A DNA stretch of 63,976 nt, filler included. It is 6 parts of 6 records of this genome, joined end to end, with 100 filler letters (N's around TTAATTAATTAA, not from the genome) between each part and the next. Parts side by side here need not be neighbours in the genome. Positions count along the whole stretch, not along the records: positions 45,300 to 60,855 come from SRR20825010_4881; positions 60,956 to 63,976 come from SRR20825010_4954; 4 more parts are not named here. The stretch is one strand, 5' to 3'. The position numbers and the translations under genes are program-made. Positions 52,101 through 60,956 of the stretch are shown here, piece after piece. The notes under the pieces were generated by a model. It ran no database searches. It was not told the origin of the DNA and worked only from the letters and a program-made list of their open reading frames with translations. Numbering within the stretch: the stretch's first letter is position 1; every line of letters starts with the position of its first letter.

Positions 52101-53227
52101 GGCTGAAAGCGTCTATTGAACCATTAAAAGACCTAAAAATACAACTGGATGCCAGCAGAATAAACGCTTCATCCTTTCAAGAAACCTTTCGATACGATTC
52201 TGCAACATTCGCTGAGAATCCAAACGATCCGAACAATGGGTTTGCCTCTTTGACCCCAGCCAGGTCAGGTAGTTATTCAATTTCGTACATAACCATCAAA
52301 ACTTCCTTTGTTAAAAATCGCGGAGACAATACCAGCGCTACTTTTGACCAATTTGTTGAAAACATAGAAACCATCAGAACCAGACAAAATACGGTGAACC
52401 CCTATGGGGAATACGACACCTTGTCACAGGATGTCCTGATTCCAGCGTTTTTATCTGCCTACTCTGGTCAGGATGCGAATGAAACAAAACTTAGTCCTTT
52501 CCCTAAAATACCAATACCAAACTGGAGGATAGATTACAATGGACTGGCCAAAATCCCGGCAATCGCAAACCTCTTTAGCTCATTCACCATTTCGCACGGC
52601 TATCGATCGGTATACAACGTAAATAATTATACGAACTCACTGAAATACAGGGACAATATTTCGCTGGACAATAACATTCTTGACTATCCTCAGGCCTATG
52701 TCAGAGATAGCACATCCGGTAATCTTATACCCGTGTTTATTATCAACCAGGTTTCCATTTCCGAACAATTTGCTCCACTAATAGGAATTAACGTGCGAAC
52801 CAAAAACAACATCTCGACACGTATGGAATACAAGAAGGAACGAAATATATCCTTGGAAACTTCAAACGCGCAGGTGACAGAAACCCACAACAATGATTTC
52901 ACTTTTGATTTGGGTTATACCAAAGCTGATTTCAAACTTCCTTTCAAAATACGGGGAAGGACAGTCGGACTGGAGAATGATGTCACATTCAGAATGGCAA
53001 TGACCATACGAGATGCGACCACCGTTCAGCGAAAGCTTGAAGGAGAGCACAAAATTGTCAATGGTAATACCAGTTTTCAGTTTAGGCCTACGTTCACTTA
53101 TGAGCTTAATGATCAGCTCGATCTGACTGCCTATTTTGAGCGAAGTGTGAACGAGCCCAAAATAAGTGCGTTTAAGACCGCCACAACAGCCTTTGGCTTT
53201 CAATTGAGATTTAGCCTGGCGCAGTAA
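46103..53227 (+). CDS. sprA: T9SS translocon SprA (Sov)
   Basis: 2374 aa; FDFQNNMKVEYTGYEEDIVKKIEIGNVSMP, EYDENRHFFL and WYLFRIP motifs; maeB-ruvA-sprA-gcvH order. Confidence 0.95.
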   Translation: MTGKSYILLLVGAIGLSAFPRQSYTYSRKSNFQILQDTIPKDSISSDTLKPYKPTKTPTFEAPYRFGDPFSNTISPSPLLLADPSTIDMEVEYDSGFQYNVYERIGDVNFRPMTSMSFEEYDAYNDKQITKEYFQERSAGLDGESAISGRSLIPRLYISPMFDRLFGGSYVDVQPNGFVNLDFGGRFQRTDNPQLSQRQQRNGGFNFDQQISLNLVGKIGEKLAITANFDNNNTFDFQNNMKVEYTGYEEDIVKKIEIGNVSMPVSNSLMTGAQSLFGVKTQLQFGKLFVTSVISRQQGKTEVLTIESGFQGKEFEVRGSEYDENRHFFLGHFFRDNYEKWHNNLPQIVSGVNITRVEIYVINRNNETQTTRQIAAFQDIGEGREIYNSINGTVTGNASSPATNNANNLYKDYLQKLSRNKDAILSDISAMGYTESTDFVKVGTARKLDDSEYEINKQLGYVSLLRKLQNDELLAVSYEYTYSGKDYKVGELTEDYASLSENEVIFLKMLRPNKIETRTPSWDLMMKNIYYLNASQIESEGFQLRIRYRDDASGIDNPSLHEGRRTTNIPLVELLKLDQLNQNNDRQKDGNFDFIEGKTIDSRNGYIKFPVLEPFGKTLESYFDADEIQFKEKYVYDTLYNTTQADAQQVSSKDKFFLNGKFNAGSSSEIALPGINIAEGSVVVTAGNTPLTEGLDYTVDYNLGRVRIINDGILSSGKTINIGYEKADLFNFQARWLYGTRLDYRFSEKFNVGATVMHLNERPGGVSHYQIGSEPTSNTKYGFDINYQEDVPFLTKAMDFLPLVNTKAPSTVTFSAEFAQMIPGTSNVVNGEGISYIDDFEQTVITIPLDGSGGWRLAATPQTSNGKFTNGNGSSSTLKFNDKRAKVAWYSVDQTVFYRDAGAINKPDNIKDSDLDNHYVRGIQVQEIYAQRDRLQYVTLENTFDIAYFPEERGQYNYSSNLTTDGLLKDPESNWGGITRSIGSEVDFEKNNVEYIEFWAMDPFITGENGRVIDGRDNANNTTGGKIVFNLGSISEDILPDDRHSFESGLPSDGDPAKTDESGGWGRTPSEPFLLNRFENSRSARENQDIGLDGLNDEDEASYFSSYLGASINLPEIAADPSADNFRHFLDSEWDQRDAKVLERYKNYNGMDGNSPVSSGGLIRGSYLDPDNEDLNKDNTVTALEEYYEYVLDLKPGELEVGKNHIVDKIQTSSSSESSWYLFRIPVRSPDRVQGNISGFKTIRFMRMYMTGFKQPVVLRTSSLQLVRSNWRKYEQALNEPGLNEIPENAVTDFTVSVVNIEGNSTGSDSKSPYVIPPGVRRDQDNTSYINRQLNEQSLQICVEDLADKDARAVFKNVSFDLLNYGRLKMYFHAESYAGDNVQDKEVTGFLRLGTEQTDNYYEIEIPLAITPPNVNPTDANVERIVWPEENEIDLSINELLGLKAERNKRNLDIGIPFSGLSNDLRHTLTVKGNPDISTLLVMMIGIRNPESADQATKSICMWANELRVTDFDTKKGWAANARISTKLADVATINASTRYTSIGFGNIQQTIQQRTREETIQYDVSASVNLDKFLIPHKTGLVVPMFVSYEKATSTPQFDPLDPDTPLEASLEVFNTKEEKQEYRRLVEERSERRSINFTNVRKEKVNPEANQHFFDVENLSFSYAFNEAVSSNVNTQVFIQKSVSGGFAYNYSPINFTIEPFAKGDLFKSPYLKLVKDVNFSPLPKSLSFRTDLNRSFRKTQLYNDELTTDGIDPYYERLFTFTRTYGLRMAPFKSLTLDYTARANAVIDEPNDIIEGDINTAEEKDYIWGEIKDLGRMKNFDQDISATYRTPLDKLPFTDWLSADVRYAAGYTWTAGSLSQNDDEGNFFGHTIQNSRDRGLSGKVDMTKLYNKVTFLKEAGTTKRDEEVSVGTGMLRFLMSVKNLNLTYNIREGTVLPGFMNTPFLLGLDSSWNAPGWKFLLGDQNPDIRYKAAQNGWITASPQLTTPFEQTFATDLGLKASIEPLKDLKIQLDASRINASSFQETFRYDSATFAENPNDPNNGFASLTPARSGSYSISYITIKTSFVKNRGDNTSATFDQFVENIETIRTRQNTVNPYGEYDTLSQDVLIPAFLSAYSGQDANETKLSPFPKIPIPNWRIDYNGLAKIPAIANLFSSFTISHGYRSVYNVNNYTNSLKYRDNISLDNNILDYPQAYVRDSTSGNLIPVFIINQVSISEQFAPLIGINVRTKNNISTRMEYKKERNISLETSNAQVTETHNNDFTFDLGYTKADFKLPFKIRGRTVGLENDVTFRMAMTIRDATTVQRKLEGEHKIVNGNTSFQFRPTFTYELNDQLDLTAYFERSVNEPKISAFKTATTAFGFQLRFSLAQ

Positions 53228-53288
53228 TTCTACTTGTGCTTTTTAAAGTATTTTTGGAAAAATTTTAACCATCTACACGCAATACATA

Positions 53289-53663
53289 ATGAATGTACCG
53301 GAAAATTTACTCTACACCGAAGACCATGAATGGGTGAGAATTGAGGGAGATGAAGCATATATCGGCATCACAGACTTTGCTCAGGGCGAACTTGGAGATA
53401 TCGTTTATGTCGAAATTGAAACCGAAGGTGAGGAATTGGAAGAAGGAGCCGTTTTCGGTTCTGTAGAAGCTGTGAAAACAGTTTCTGACCTTTTTATGCC
53501 TCTATCTGGTGAAATTCTTGAAGTAAACCCTAATCTGGAATCAGAACCGGAATCTGTTAATAGCGATCCTTATGGAACAGGCTGGATGATCAAGGTGAAG
53601 GTTACCGATAAAGGAACAAGGCTTCTTACGGCTGCCGAATACCAGGAAAGAATAGGAGGATAA
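53289..53663 (+). CDS. gcvH: Glycine cleavage system H protein
   Basis: YTEDHEW, GITDFAQGELGDIVYV, lipoyl Lys in VEAVKTVS, and DPYGTGW. Confidence 0.97.
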   Translation: MNVPENLLYTEDHEWVRIEGDEAYIGITDFAQGELGDIVYVEIETEGEELEEGAVFGSVEAVKTVSDLFMPLSGEILEVNPNLESEPESVNSDPYGTGWMIKVKVTDKGTRLLTAAEYQERIGG

Positions 53664-53667
53664 CTCA

Positions 53668-54054
53668 GTGAGGAAGATACTACGCGTCTTTTTAATTATC
53701 TGGACAATTGGCATGCTCTACCTCTTACTCACACCAGGTTCGGTATATGAAGGAAATTTATTTTTTGAAGGAGAAGATAAAATTGTTCATTTCATCCTCT
53801 TTTCCACCTGGTCATTTTGTGTTTGTTACCTCCAATTCAGAAAATCTAACTGGCCCTTTTCAAAAATAGCCTGGCTTGTTTTCGTCTCAGGAGCCCTTTT
53901 CGCAGGAATCACAGAAATCTTACAAATATTCATCCCCTATAGAACAGAGGATTTTGGCGATTTTTTCGCCGACCTGTTAGGGACAGCAATAGGAATTATT
54001 GTCATCTTACTATTAAAAAAGGAACTAATTCGTATCGAGAAAAAGTTTGAATAA
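53668..54054 (+). CDS. VanZ family membrane protein
   Basis: DKIVHF, TEILQ..IPYR and DFFADLLG motifs. Confidence 0.82.
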   Translation: MRKILRVFLIIWTIGMLYLLLTPGSVYEGNLFFEGEDKIVHFILFSTWSFCVCYLQFRKSNWPFSKIAWLVFVSGALFAGITEILQIFIPYRTEDFGDFFADLLGTAIGIIVILLLKKELIRIEKKFE

Positions 54055-54057
54055 TAA

Positions 54058-54065
54058 TATATTTG
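54058..54065 (+). promoter_or_regulatory. Bacteroidota -7 promoter element before tonB
   Basis: TATATTTG matches TAnnTTTG, about 30 bp upstream of the ATG. Confidence 0.5.
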
Positions 54066-54096
54066 ATGTCACGACCATTTTTAGAAAAAAGAAAAT

Positions 54097-54774
54097 ATGG
54101 AACTTAAGAAGAATCCAAAAGCCGACTTAAGTAAAAAATCAGGTCTGTTTATGAATATAGGCATGACGGTGAGCTTACTGTTAGTTATCGTGGCTTTTGA
54201 ATGGAGAACCTACGATGGTGGAGATTTATTGGATCTCGGCCAGGTAGATGATGATTTTGAGGATATTATGGAGATTCCGCCAACGGAGCAGCCGCCACCC
54301 CCACCACCGAAAATTCAACTTCCCGAGATTATAGAAGTTCCGGATGAGGAAGAAATTGAAGAAGAAATTGAAGTGGAATTGGATGTGGAAGTAACAGAAG
54401 AAACGGTGATTGAAGATATCGTTTTCGAAGATGCTCCTGCTGAAGAAGAAGTTGAAGAGGTTTTCACGATTGTGGAAGACCCGGCTGAATTCCCCGGAGG
54501 AATGCAGGCGTTCTACAAATATGTGGGCGACAACATGAAATACCCTGCGCAAGCAAGAAGAATGGGTATCGAAGGTAGAGTGTACGTTCAGTTTGTAGTA
54601 GACAAACAAGGAAATGTAACAGAGGTAGTTGCCGTAAAAGGTATTGGAGCAGGATGTGATGAGGAAGCCGAAAGAGTGCTTCGCGAGTCGCCTCAGTTCA
54701 AACCAGGAAAACAAAGAGGAAGAGCCGTGAAGCAACGAATGGTACTTCCAATTATCTTCCGTTTGAGCAACTAA
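54097..54774 (+). CDS. tonB: Energy transducer TonB
   Basis: N-terminal TM, poly-Pro/acidic linker and TonB_C domain (YPAQARRMGIEGRVYVQFVVD, PGKQRG). Confidence 0.93.
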   Translation: MELKKNPKADLSKKSGLFMNIGMTVSLLLVIVAFEWRTYDGGDLLDLGQVDDDFEDIMEIPPTEQPPPPPPKIQLPEIIEVPDEEEIEEEIEVELDVEVTEETVIEDIVFEDAPAEEEVEEVFTIVEDPAEFPGGMQAFYKYVGDNMKYPAQARRMGIEGRVYVQFVVDKQGNVTEVVAVKGIGAGCDEEAERVLRESPQFKPGKQRGRAVKQRMVLPIIFRLSN

Positions 54775-54792
54775 GAAGAAAATTGATTGAAC

Positions 54793-54826
54793 AAAAAAGT
54801 CCTGATGCATTCAGGACTTTTTTTTT
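54793..54826. terminator. Bidirectional intrinsic terminator
   Basis: A6-GTCCTGA / TCAGGAC-T9 between convergent genes. Confidence 0.88.
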
Positions 54827-54854
54827 GTGCTGTCAGATTTGGATAAATGACCCA

Positions 54855-55391
54855 CTACTGCTTTTCAAGATTCATCTCGAAGAACTTAACCCAGTTTTCG
54901 CCATCTGTTGACCGTTCTCCGAATTCAATCCATTTCCCGTTTTCTACTTTCAATGTGTAACGGATCGTCATGTTCGGCCCGGCATTAATCCACCAAACAG
55001 CACTACCCTCTCCACGAATTTCGATATCAGCCACAGTTTGCATTCCCTTGCCAATAAAGGACGAAAGCTTATACTTTCTCTGGAAGAAGTCATACGACAA
55101 TATTCCCAATGCCTCATGGGTAATCTCTGTTTCGCCATCGTTGAGTGTCTTAGTGCCAAGGCCTTCCATCTGAATAATCGTATTCCCTAGTTTATAGGAA
55201 ATCTTTTCCAATACGTCTGTGGAGCCAGTAGAGCCATCAGGGTTGATTAACTGACCGGTACCACTCCAGGTGCCAATCATAAATTCAAATTCAGCAACTT
55301 TAGCTGCCACTTCTTTGGAGTAATCAGGTTGTGCGCTCACAGAGGCCATCATCAGAAAGAAGGACCAATAAGAAAGGATTAATTTTTTCAT
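54855..55391 (-). CDS. Secreted hypothetical protein (DUF1579-like)
   Basis: Signal peptide from the ATG at 55391; FMIGTWSGTG and GERSTDGENWVKFFEM motifs. Confidence 0.7.
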   Translation of the reverse strand: MKKLILSYWSFFLMMASVSAQPDYSKEVAAKVAEFEFMIGTWSGTGQLINPDGSTGSTDVLEKISYKLGNTIIQMEGLGTKTLNDGETEITHEALGILSYDFFQRKYKLSSFIGKGMQTVADIEIRGEGSAVWWINAGPNMTIRYTLKVENGKWIEFGERSTDGENWVKFFEMNLEKQ

Positions 55392-55431
55392 AATAAACAT
55401 GTTTATGTTATAAACTAAATAGGTAAATTTT

Positions 55432-55719
55432 TTACTCGATGTAGCCCTTAAGTGCATTCACATAGGCCTCAAAGGCCATAACTCCATTTTTCGTCACATT
55501 GCATGTGGTCAATGGTTTCTTGCCTTTGAAGGACTTTGTAACATCTATGTATCCTGCCTGAGACAATTTATCCAACTGGACGCTCAGGTTGCCGGCAGTT
55601 GCCTTTGTTTTCTCTTTGATGAATGTAAACTCCGCAGACTCCACACTGATGAGCAAGCTCATTACGGCCAACCTCAATTGAGAATGTAATAAGGGATCTA
55701 ATGGTGTGAAATCGGTCAT
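55432..55719 (-). CDS. Winged-helix transcriptional regulator (HTH_34-like)
   Basis: LDPLLHSQLRLAVMSLL, TAGNLSVQLDKL and YVNAL motifs. Confidence 0.88.
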   Translation of the reverse strand: MTDFTPLDPLLHSQLRLAVMSLLISVESAEFTFIKEKTKATAGNLSVQLDKLSQAGYIDVTKSFKGKKPLTTCNVTKNGVMAFEAYVNALKGYIE

Positions 55720-55720
55720 C

Positions 55721-56284
55721 TTATTTTTGTCTTTTCATCAAATACCCCGGAACCAAATACCCAAAAACCAACGCAACAGCACCCACCAGTATTTGATTAA
55801 TCGGACTCACCATGAAACTAATTACCGCAAAAACCCAAAAGGAAGCTCCTCCAAAAATAAGTGGCTTGTATCTGGTAAGCACACCGGTAAGGAACGTGGG
55901 AAAGGCTGTGATCAAGGTAATTAGTGGATAGATCGCATAATTCACTTTCGATCCAGCTCCGATGATGACCATGATGGTGAGGCCGTATGCCAACCAGGTA
56001 AAACCTATAGCCCTATCAAAATGCGTCGTTACTTTTTGCCTGTTTTTCCTTCTGGAAGTATAAATGCTCGTGAAAATTCCTCCAAGCATTGTAATAGCCC
56101 AAACTGCCCCCGAATAAGGAACCTGGGTGTAGGCCAATAGGTAATAATGGGCCAAATGGATAGCAATCGCCAACCAACCCCAAAAAATAAGTAGGAAGTA
56201 CTCTCCTTTGAGATCATTCTTTGCGGCCTCAATCATCTCGGAGATGATCGCCAGACCTTCTGATTTTGACATTTCGTCTTTCAT
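55721..56284 (-). CDS. Multi-TM hypothetical membrane protein
   Basis: L.IISEMI N-terminus, about 6 hydrophobic segments and LVPGY C-terminus; 1 bp from the regulator gene. Confidence 0.8.
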   Translation of the reverse strand: MKDEMSKSEGLAIISEMIEAAKNDLKGEYFLLIFWGWLAIAIHLAHYYLLAYTQVPYSGAVWAITMLGGIFTSIYTSRRKNRQKVTTHFDRAIGFTWLAYGLTIMVIIGAGSKVNYAIYPLITLITAFPTFLTGVLTRYKPLIFGGASFWVFAVISFMVSPINQILVGAVALVFGYLVPGYLMKRQK

Positions 56285-56653
56285 GTTTATAAATTTATTT
56301 AAAGTAGTTTACAATATAAACCATAATATCTCAATTTAGTTGCCCTTTTCCCCAACTATTTTTTCAATAACCTTGATCTCACTACCAATAATCTAAAAAC
56401 CAACTTTAATAAATCAGCCCCAGGGCAATTTCAAACATTCTTAAAATATAGAACCGATGATCCATTTAGACTTATCCAATACCCCGACTTTAAGCAATTT
56501 ACCACCATGGTAAATTGTGAATTACAATCGCATACAGATCAGAAAAGGCCATCGCCCAGCATCTTCCTAATGGTCAGGACTATGGTTTTTCGAATGTTGA
56601 AATGAAGGAGGTTTTGGACTTCTGTTAAGAGGATCTCCAAAGGGGTCAGTATA

Positions 56654-57628
56654 CTAATTCCATTTTAGCTGGTTCCTTTCACCCCAATAAACCGCTGGGG
56701 TTTGTAACAAACCAGCCAGAGCAGTGCGGTCTTTCAAGCTTAGATTAACGTCTACTGATCTCAGGTTAGAGAGTAGGTGAGATGCAGTGGCTGCCCCGCT
56801 CAATACTATATCCACGAAAGCTCGATTATAGATATAGGATAATGCAATTGAATCGACAGTCGCATCATGTTTGTGAGCAATCGCGCTCAGTTGATGCATG
56901 TATTGAGAGGAAGAATTCCTTGACGTCAATCTGCCGTTGGCCAACCCTTCCTTGATAATAACCGTAAGTCCCTGATCGTGTGCTCTGATTAAAGCCCCTT
57001 CAGCGGATCTTTCGAGCAGGTTGTAGGTAGCCTGTATAGAATCAAAAAGGAATTGACCACTGGTCTGAATTTTCATAGCAGCTTCAATGACCTCTCTCTG
57101 ATTTTCTCCACTAACCGATAAACCAACGGCGTATCCTTCGCTTTTTATTTCGAACAGCCGGTCAAGAACTTCAATATTTTCAAGAACACCACTTTCAAAG
57201 GTGGCTGAATGAATTTGATATAGTTTCAGGTAAGGATCCAGACGAAATTTACTTTCCGGCCATTGGATATTTAGCCGTTCAATGGTGTGTTCTTTTACCT
57301 CATGCTTCTCAGCATCCACACTCCAGTTGGCAGTGTAGTAATACCCCCACTTCGATCCAATGGTAACATCCTTCGGCTTTCTTGACATCAACCAATTACT
57401 TAGAAAGGTTTCTGCCTTGCCATAAGACTGAGCAGCATCAAAATAACGCACACCCAGTTCATAAGCTTTGTCCAGCATGACATGCGTTCGAGCCTCCATC
57501 TTGGCTTCATCGTAATCGCTATTCAAGTCCTGTTTGTGACCCAGATTGATATAACCCGGGCGTCCTAAGGCAGCCAGGCCAAGACCAATTTTTGAAGTTC
57601 TTGAGTTTTGCTCAAAAAAGGAAGCCAT
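56654..57628 (-). CDS. Aldo/keto reductase
   Basis: IGLGLAALGRP, YFDAAQSYG, GSKWGY and LYQIH motifs. Confidence 0.88.
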   Translation of the reverse strand: MASFFEQNSRTSKIGLGLAALGRPGYINLGHKQDLNSDYDEAKMEARTHVMLDKAYELGVRYFDAAQSYGKAETFLSNWLMSRKPKDVTIGSKWGYYYTANWSVDAEKHEVKEHTIERLNIQWPESKFRLDPYLKLYQIHSATFESGVLENIEVLDRLFEIKSEGYAVGLSVSGENQREVIEAAMKIQTSGQFLFDSIQATYNLLERSAEGALIRAHDQGLTVIIKEGLANGRLTSRNSSSQYMHQLSAIAHKHDATVDSIALSYIYNRAFVDIVLSGAATASHLLSNLRSVDVNLSLKDRTALAGLLQTPAVYWGERNQLKWN

Positions 57629-59526
57629 TATTTTTTTGATCCTTCAATAATCGCCTCAACAACTTCAGGATTAAGCAAAGTAGACGTATCGCCTAACTGA
57701 TCGTATTCTCCAGCGGCTATTTTTCTCAGAATGCGGCGCATGATTTTACCAGAACGCGTCTTCGGTAGTCCCGGAACGATTTGCACTTTATCAGGCTTAG
57801 CAATAGGTCCGATAATTTTACTTACCGTTTCCCGAATTTCATTTTTCAGGCTCTCTTCTGACCTACCCTCCATGTCACAAATAGCAAAAGCATAGATGCC
57901 TTGCCCTTTCACATCGTGTGGATATCCCACGACAGCTGATTCAATTACTTTCGGATGTTCGTTGATTGCGTTTTCAACTTCTGCTGTACCCATTCTGTGG
58001 CCTGACACATTGATGACATCATCTACACGCCCTAGGATTCTTAAATAACCATCATGATCCCGGCGTGCTCCGTCTCCGGTAAAGTACATGCCTTTGTATG
58101 TCGAAAAGTAGGTTTGCTTGCATCGCTCATGATCGCCGTAGGTGGTTCGCAAAATACCGGGCCATGGAAATTTGATGCAGAGGTTTCCTTGCACATTGTT
58201 TCCTGTCAATTCTTTGCCATCAGGATCAACAATAACTGGCTGAATACCGGGCAATGGAAGTGAAGCATGGGCTGGTTTGTTAGGTGTTATTCCTGCCAAA
58301 GCAGAAATCATAATCCCACCCGTTTCTGTTTGCCACCAGGTATCTACCAATGGGCAATTGCTCTTGCCCACATGATCGTGGTACCAATGCCAAGCTTCCT
58401 CGTTTATGGGTTCTCCTACAGATCCAATTACCTTTAAGGTTTCCATGCTGTATGGCTCCAATGGTTCCAGTCCGTAGGCCTGTAGCGCGCGAATCGCAGT
58501 GGGTGCGGTGTAAAATTGATTTACTCTATGCTTGTCGATTACTTCCCAGAACCTTCCCGGATGCGGGTAAGTCGGTACTCCCTCGAACATCAATGTAGTA
58601 GCCCCGGCTAAAAGTGGGCCGTAGACAATGTATGAATGTCCTGTTATCCAGCCAACATCAGCAGTACACCAATAAACATCTCCTTGGGTGTATTGAAATA
58701 CATTTACAAAAGAATAATAGGTATAGACCATGTATCCTCCTATTGTATGCACCACACCTTTTGGCTGACCAGTTGAACCCGATGTGTAGAGGATAAAAAG
58801 CATGTCTTCAGCATCCATCTTCTCCGCCGGACATTCTAGCGAGTGCCCGCTGATGGCGTCCGACCACCAGATATCTCTATCAGGTTTCATTGTTACTTTC
58901 GTGCCCGTTCTTTCAAAGACGATAACTTTTTTAATGGTTTTGGTTTTTTCCAAAGCCTCATCTACCACACCTTTTACATCAATGCTTTTTGCTCCACGGT
59001 AATTTCCATCTGATGTCAACACCATTTTAGCTTCACAGTCGTTGATTCTGTCAGCCAATGAACTGGAAGAAAAACCGGCAAAAACAACGGAATGAACCGC
59101 TCCAATCCGGGCACAAGCCAGCATAGCGATGGCAGCCTCAGGAACCATCGGCATATAAATGATTACACGATCTCCTTTTTCAATACCTTGCTCCTTGAGT
59201 GCATTTGCAAGCTGACAAACCTTTTCATACAGTTCATAATAAGAAAGTGTGATTGATTCATCTGAGGACTCATTTGGTTCCCAAATAATGGCCGGCTGAT
59301 CACCCATTGTGAATAGATGGCGATCCAAAATATTTTCTGTGATGTTCAATTTACCCCCGGCAAACCATTTGATATCAGGCCCCTCAAAGTCCCAATCCAA
59401 GACTTTGCTCCATGGCTTTTTCCAATGAAAGGATTCAGCTATTCTTCCCCAAAATTCTTCGGGTTGAAGCACACTTTTTTGATATTCATGGATGTAACCA
59501 CTCAGGGTTTGAATCTTGTGACTCAT
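57628..59526 (-). CDS. acs: Acetate--CoA ligase
   Basis: YTSGSTGQPKG, VGEPIN, DTWWQTETG and PKTRSGKIMRR motifs. Confidence 0.97.
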   Translation of the reverse strand: MSHKIQTLSGYIHEYQKSVLQPEEFWGRIAESFHWKKPWSKVLDWDFEGPDIKWFAGGKLNITENILDRHLFTMGDQPAIIWEPNESSDESITLSYYELYEKVCQLANALKEQGIEKGDRVIIYMPMVPEAAIAMLACARIGAVHSVVFAGFSSSSLADRINDCEAKMVLTSDGNYRGAKSIDVKGVVDEALEKTKTIKKVIVFERTGTKVTMKPDRDIWWSDAISGHSLECPAEKMDAEDMLFILYTSGSTGQPKGVVHTIGGYMVYTYYSFVNVFQYTQGDVYWCTADVGWITGHSYIVYGPLLAGATTLMFEGVPTYPHPGRFWEVIDKHRVNQFYTAPTAIRALQAYGLEPLEPYSMETLKVIGSVGEPINEEAWHWYHDHVGKSNCPLVDTWWQTETGGIMISALAGITPNKPAHASLPLPGIQPVIVDPDGKELTGNNVQGNLCIKFPWPGILRTTYGDHERCKQTYFSTYKGMYFTGDGARRDHDGYLRILGRVDDVINVSGHRMGTAEVENAINEHPKVIESAVVGYPHDVKGQGIYAFAICDMEGRSEESLKNEIRETVSKIIGPIAKPDKVQIVPGLPKTRSGKIMRRILRKIAAGEYDQLGDTSTLLNPEVVEAIIEGSKK

Positions 59527-59568
59527 GTTACTCTTGGATTTGAATTAATACTTTAGACTTAAAATTAC

Positions 59569-60855
59569 TTAATGCTCAATGGCTTTCCCAGCGCCTCGCG
59601 GATATCGGATGCTTTCGACCATTTCTTGAACCTCTTCAGGTGGAGCAGGATAAAAGCGGGCTATCCCGAATGAGATAACAAAGTTTACCAACATAGCCAC
59701 GCTACCAAAGCCCTCTGGCGAGATGCCGAACCACCAATCGGCTTGGGTACCTCCTCCGAAATATCCAAATTTAAATTTGATCATGTAAAAAAGCATCAAT
59801 AGGATGCCTACCACCATACCCGCGATAGCACCCTCCTTATTCATTCGTTTATCAAAAATTCCTAAAATAATAGCAGGGAAAAACGATGCTGCGGCAAGCC
59901 CAAAGGCCAACGCAACCACAGCGGCAACAAAACCAGGCGGATTAATCCCAAAGTACCCCGCGACACATACAGCTGCTACAGAACCTATTCTTGCCCACAA
60001 CAACTCCCCCTTTTCAGAGATATCGGGCTTAATTTGTTTTTTGATAAGATCGTGAGATACGCTGGCCGAAATGACCAAAAGCAAACCAGCTGCCGTTGAG
60101 AGCGCAGCTGCAAGGCCTCCTGCGGCCACTAAAGCAATCACCCAATTGGGTAGTCTGGCAATTTCAGGATTGGCTAAAACGATGATATCACGGTCTATTG
60201 TAAGTTCGTTTTTGGTAGCATCCCCCAAATACTGGATTTTCCCATCTCCATTTTTATCTTCAAAGGCAATCAATCCTGTTCTTTCCCAATTTGTAAACCA
60301 AGCCGGCACGTCTTTATATTCCTTATTAGATAGGGTTTGAATTAAGTTCGTCCGTGCAAAAGCAGAAATAGCCGGTGCTGTTGTGTAAAGGATAGCAATC
60401 AACACTAAAGCCCATCCGGCAGACATTCTCGCGTCCTTTACCTTAGCCACCGTGAAAAATCGAACAATGACATGTGGCAATCCTGCAGTACCCACCATCA
60501 ATGCGAAGGTGATTGCAAAAACATCAATCATTGATTTTGATCCGCTGGTATAGGCTGCAAATCCCAGCTCCTCATGAAGACCATCGAGTTTATCAAGTAA
60601 ATAAGTGCCATCCGAAAGGGTTCCTCCAAAACCGAGTTGTGGAATCACGTTACCGGTCAATTGAAATGAAATAAATATTGCTGGTACCATGAAGGCGAAA
60701 ATGAGAATGCAATACTGAGCTACCTGTGTGTAGGTCACCCCTTTCATCCCACCTAGAGTAGCGTAAAACAAAACGAGTCCCATTCCTATGTAAACTCCGG
60801 TCTCAACTGGAACCTCTAGGAATCTGGCGAAAACCACACCAACCCCACGCATCTG
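59569..60855 (-). CDS. Cation/acetate symporter, ActP-like SSS family (5'-truncated)
   Basis: LGGMKGVTYTQVAQY, GTAGLPHVIVRFFTV and GGLAAALSTA motifs; directly upstream of acs. Confidence 0.9.
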   Translation of the reverse strand, partial: QMRGVGVVFARFLEVPVETGVYIGMGLVLFYATLGGMKGVTYTQVAQYCILIFAFMVPAIFISFQLTGNVIPQLGFGGTLSDGTYLLDKLDGLHEELGFAAYTSGSKSMIDVFAITFALMVGTAGLPHVIVRFFTVAKVKDARMSAGWALVLIAILYTTAPAISAFARTNLIQTLSNKEYKDVPAWFTNWERTGLIAFEDKNGDGKIQYLGDATKNELTIDRDIIVLANPEIARLPNWVIALVAAGGLAAALSTAAGLLLVISASVSHDLIKKQIKPDISEKGELLWARIGSVAAVCVAGYFGINPPGFVAAVVALAFGLAAASFFPAIILGIFDKRMNKEGAIAGMVVGILLMLFYMIKFKFGYFGGGTQADWWFGISPEGFGSVAMLVNFVISFGIARFYPAPPEEVQEMVESIRYPRGAGKAIEH

Positions 60856-60955
60856 NNNNNNNNNNNNNNNNNNNNNNNNNNNNNNNNNNNNNNNNNNNNT
60901 TAATTAATTAANNNNNNNNNNNNNNNNNNNNNNNNNNNNNNNNNNNNNNNNNNNN
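60856..60955. other. Artificial contig spacer
   Basis: N44-TTAATTAATTAA-N44. Confidence 0.99.
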
Positions 60956-60956
60956 A

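Noticed and set aside
45302-54774. maeB-ruvA-sprA-gcvH-vanZ-tonB as a novel system
   Set aside because: This is familiar conserved Bacteroidota gene order. sprA is on a different contig from the T9SS cargo genes, so no linkage can be claimed.
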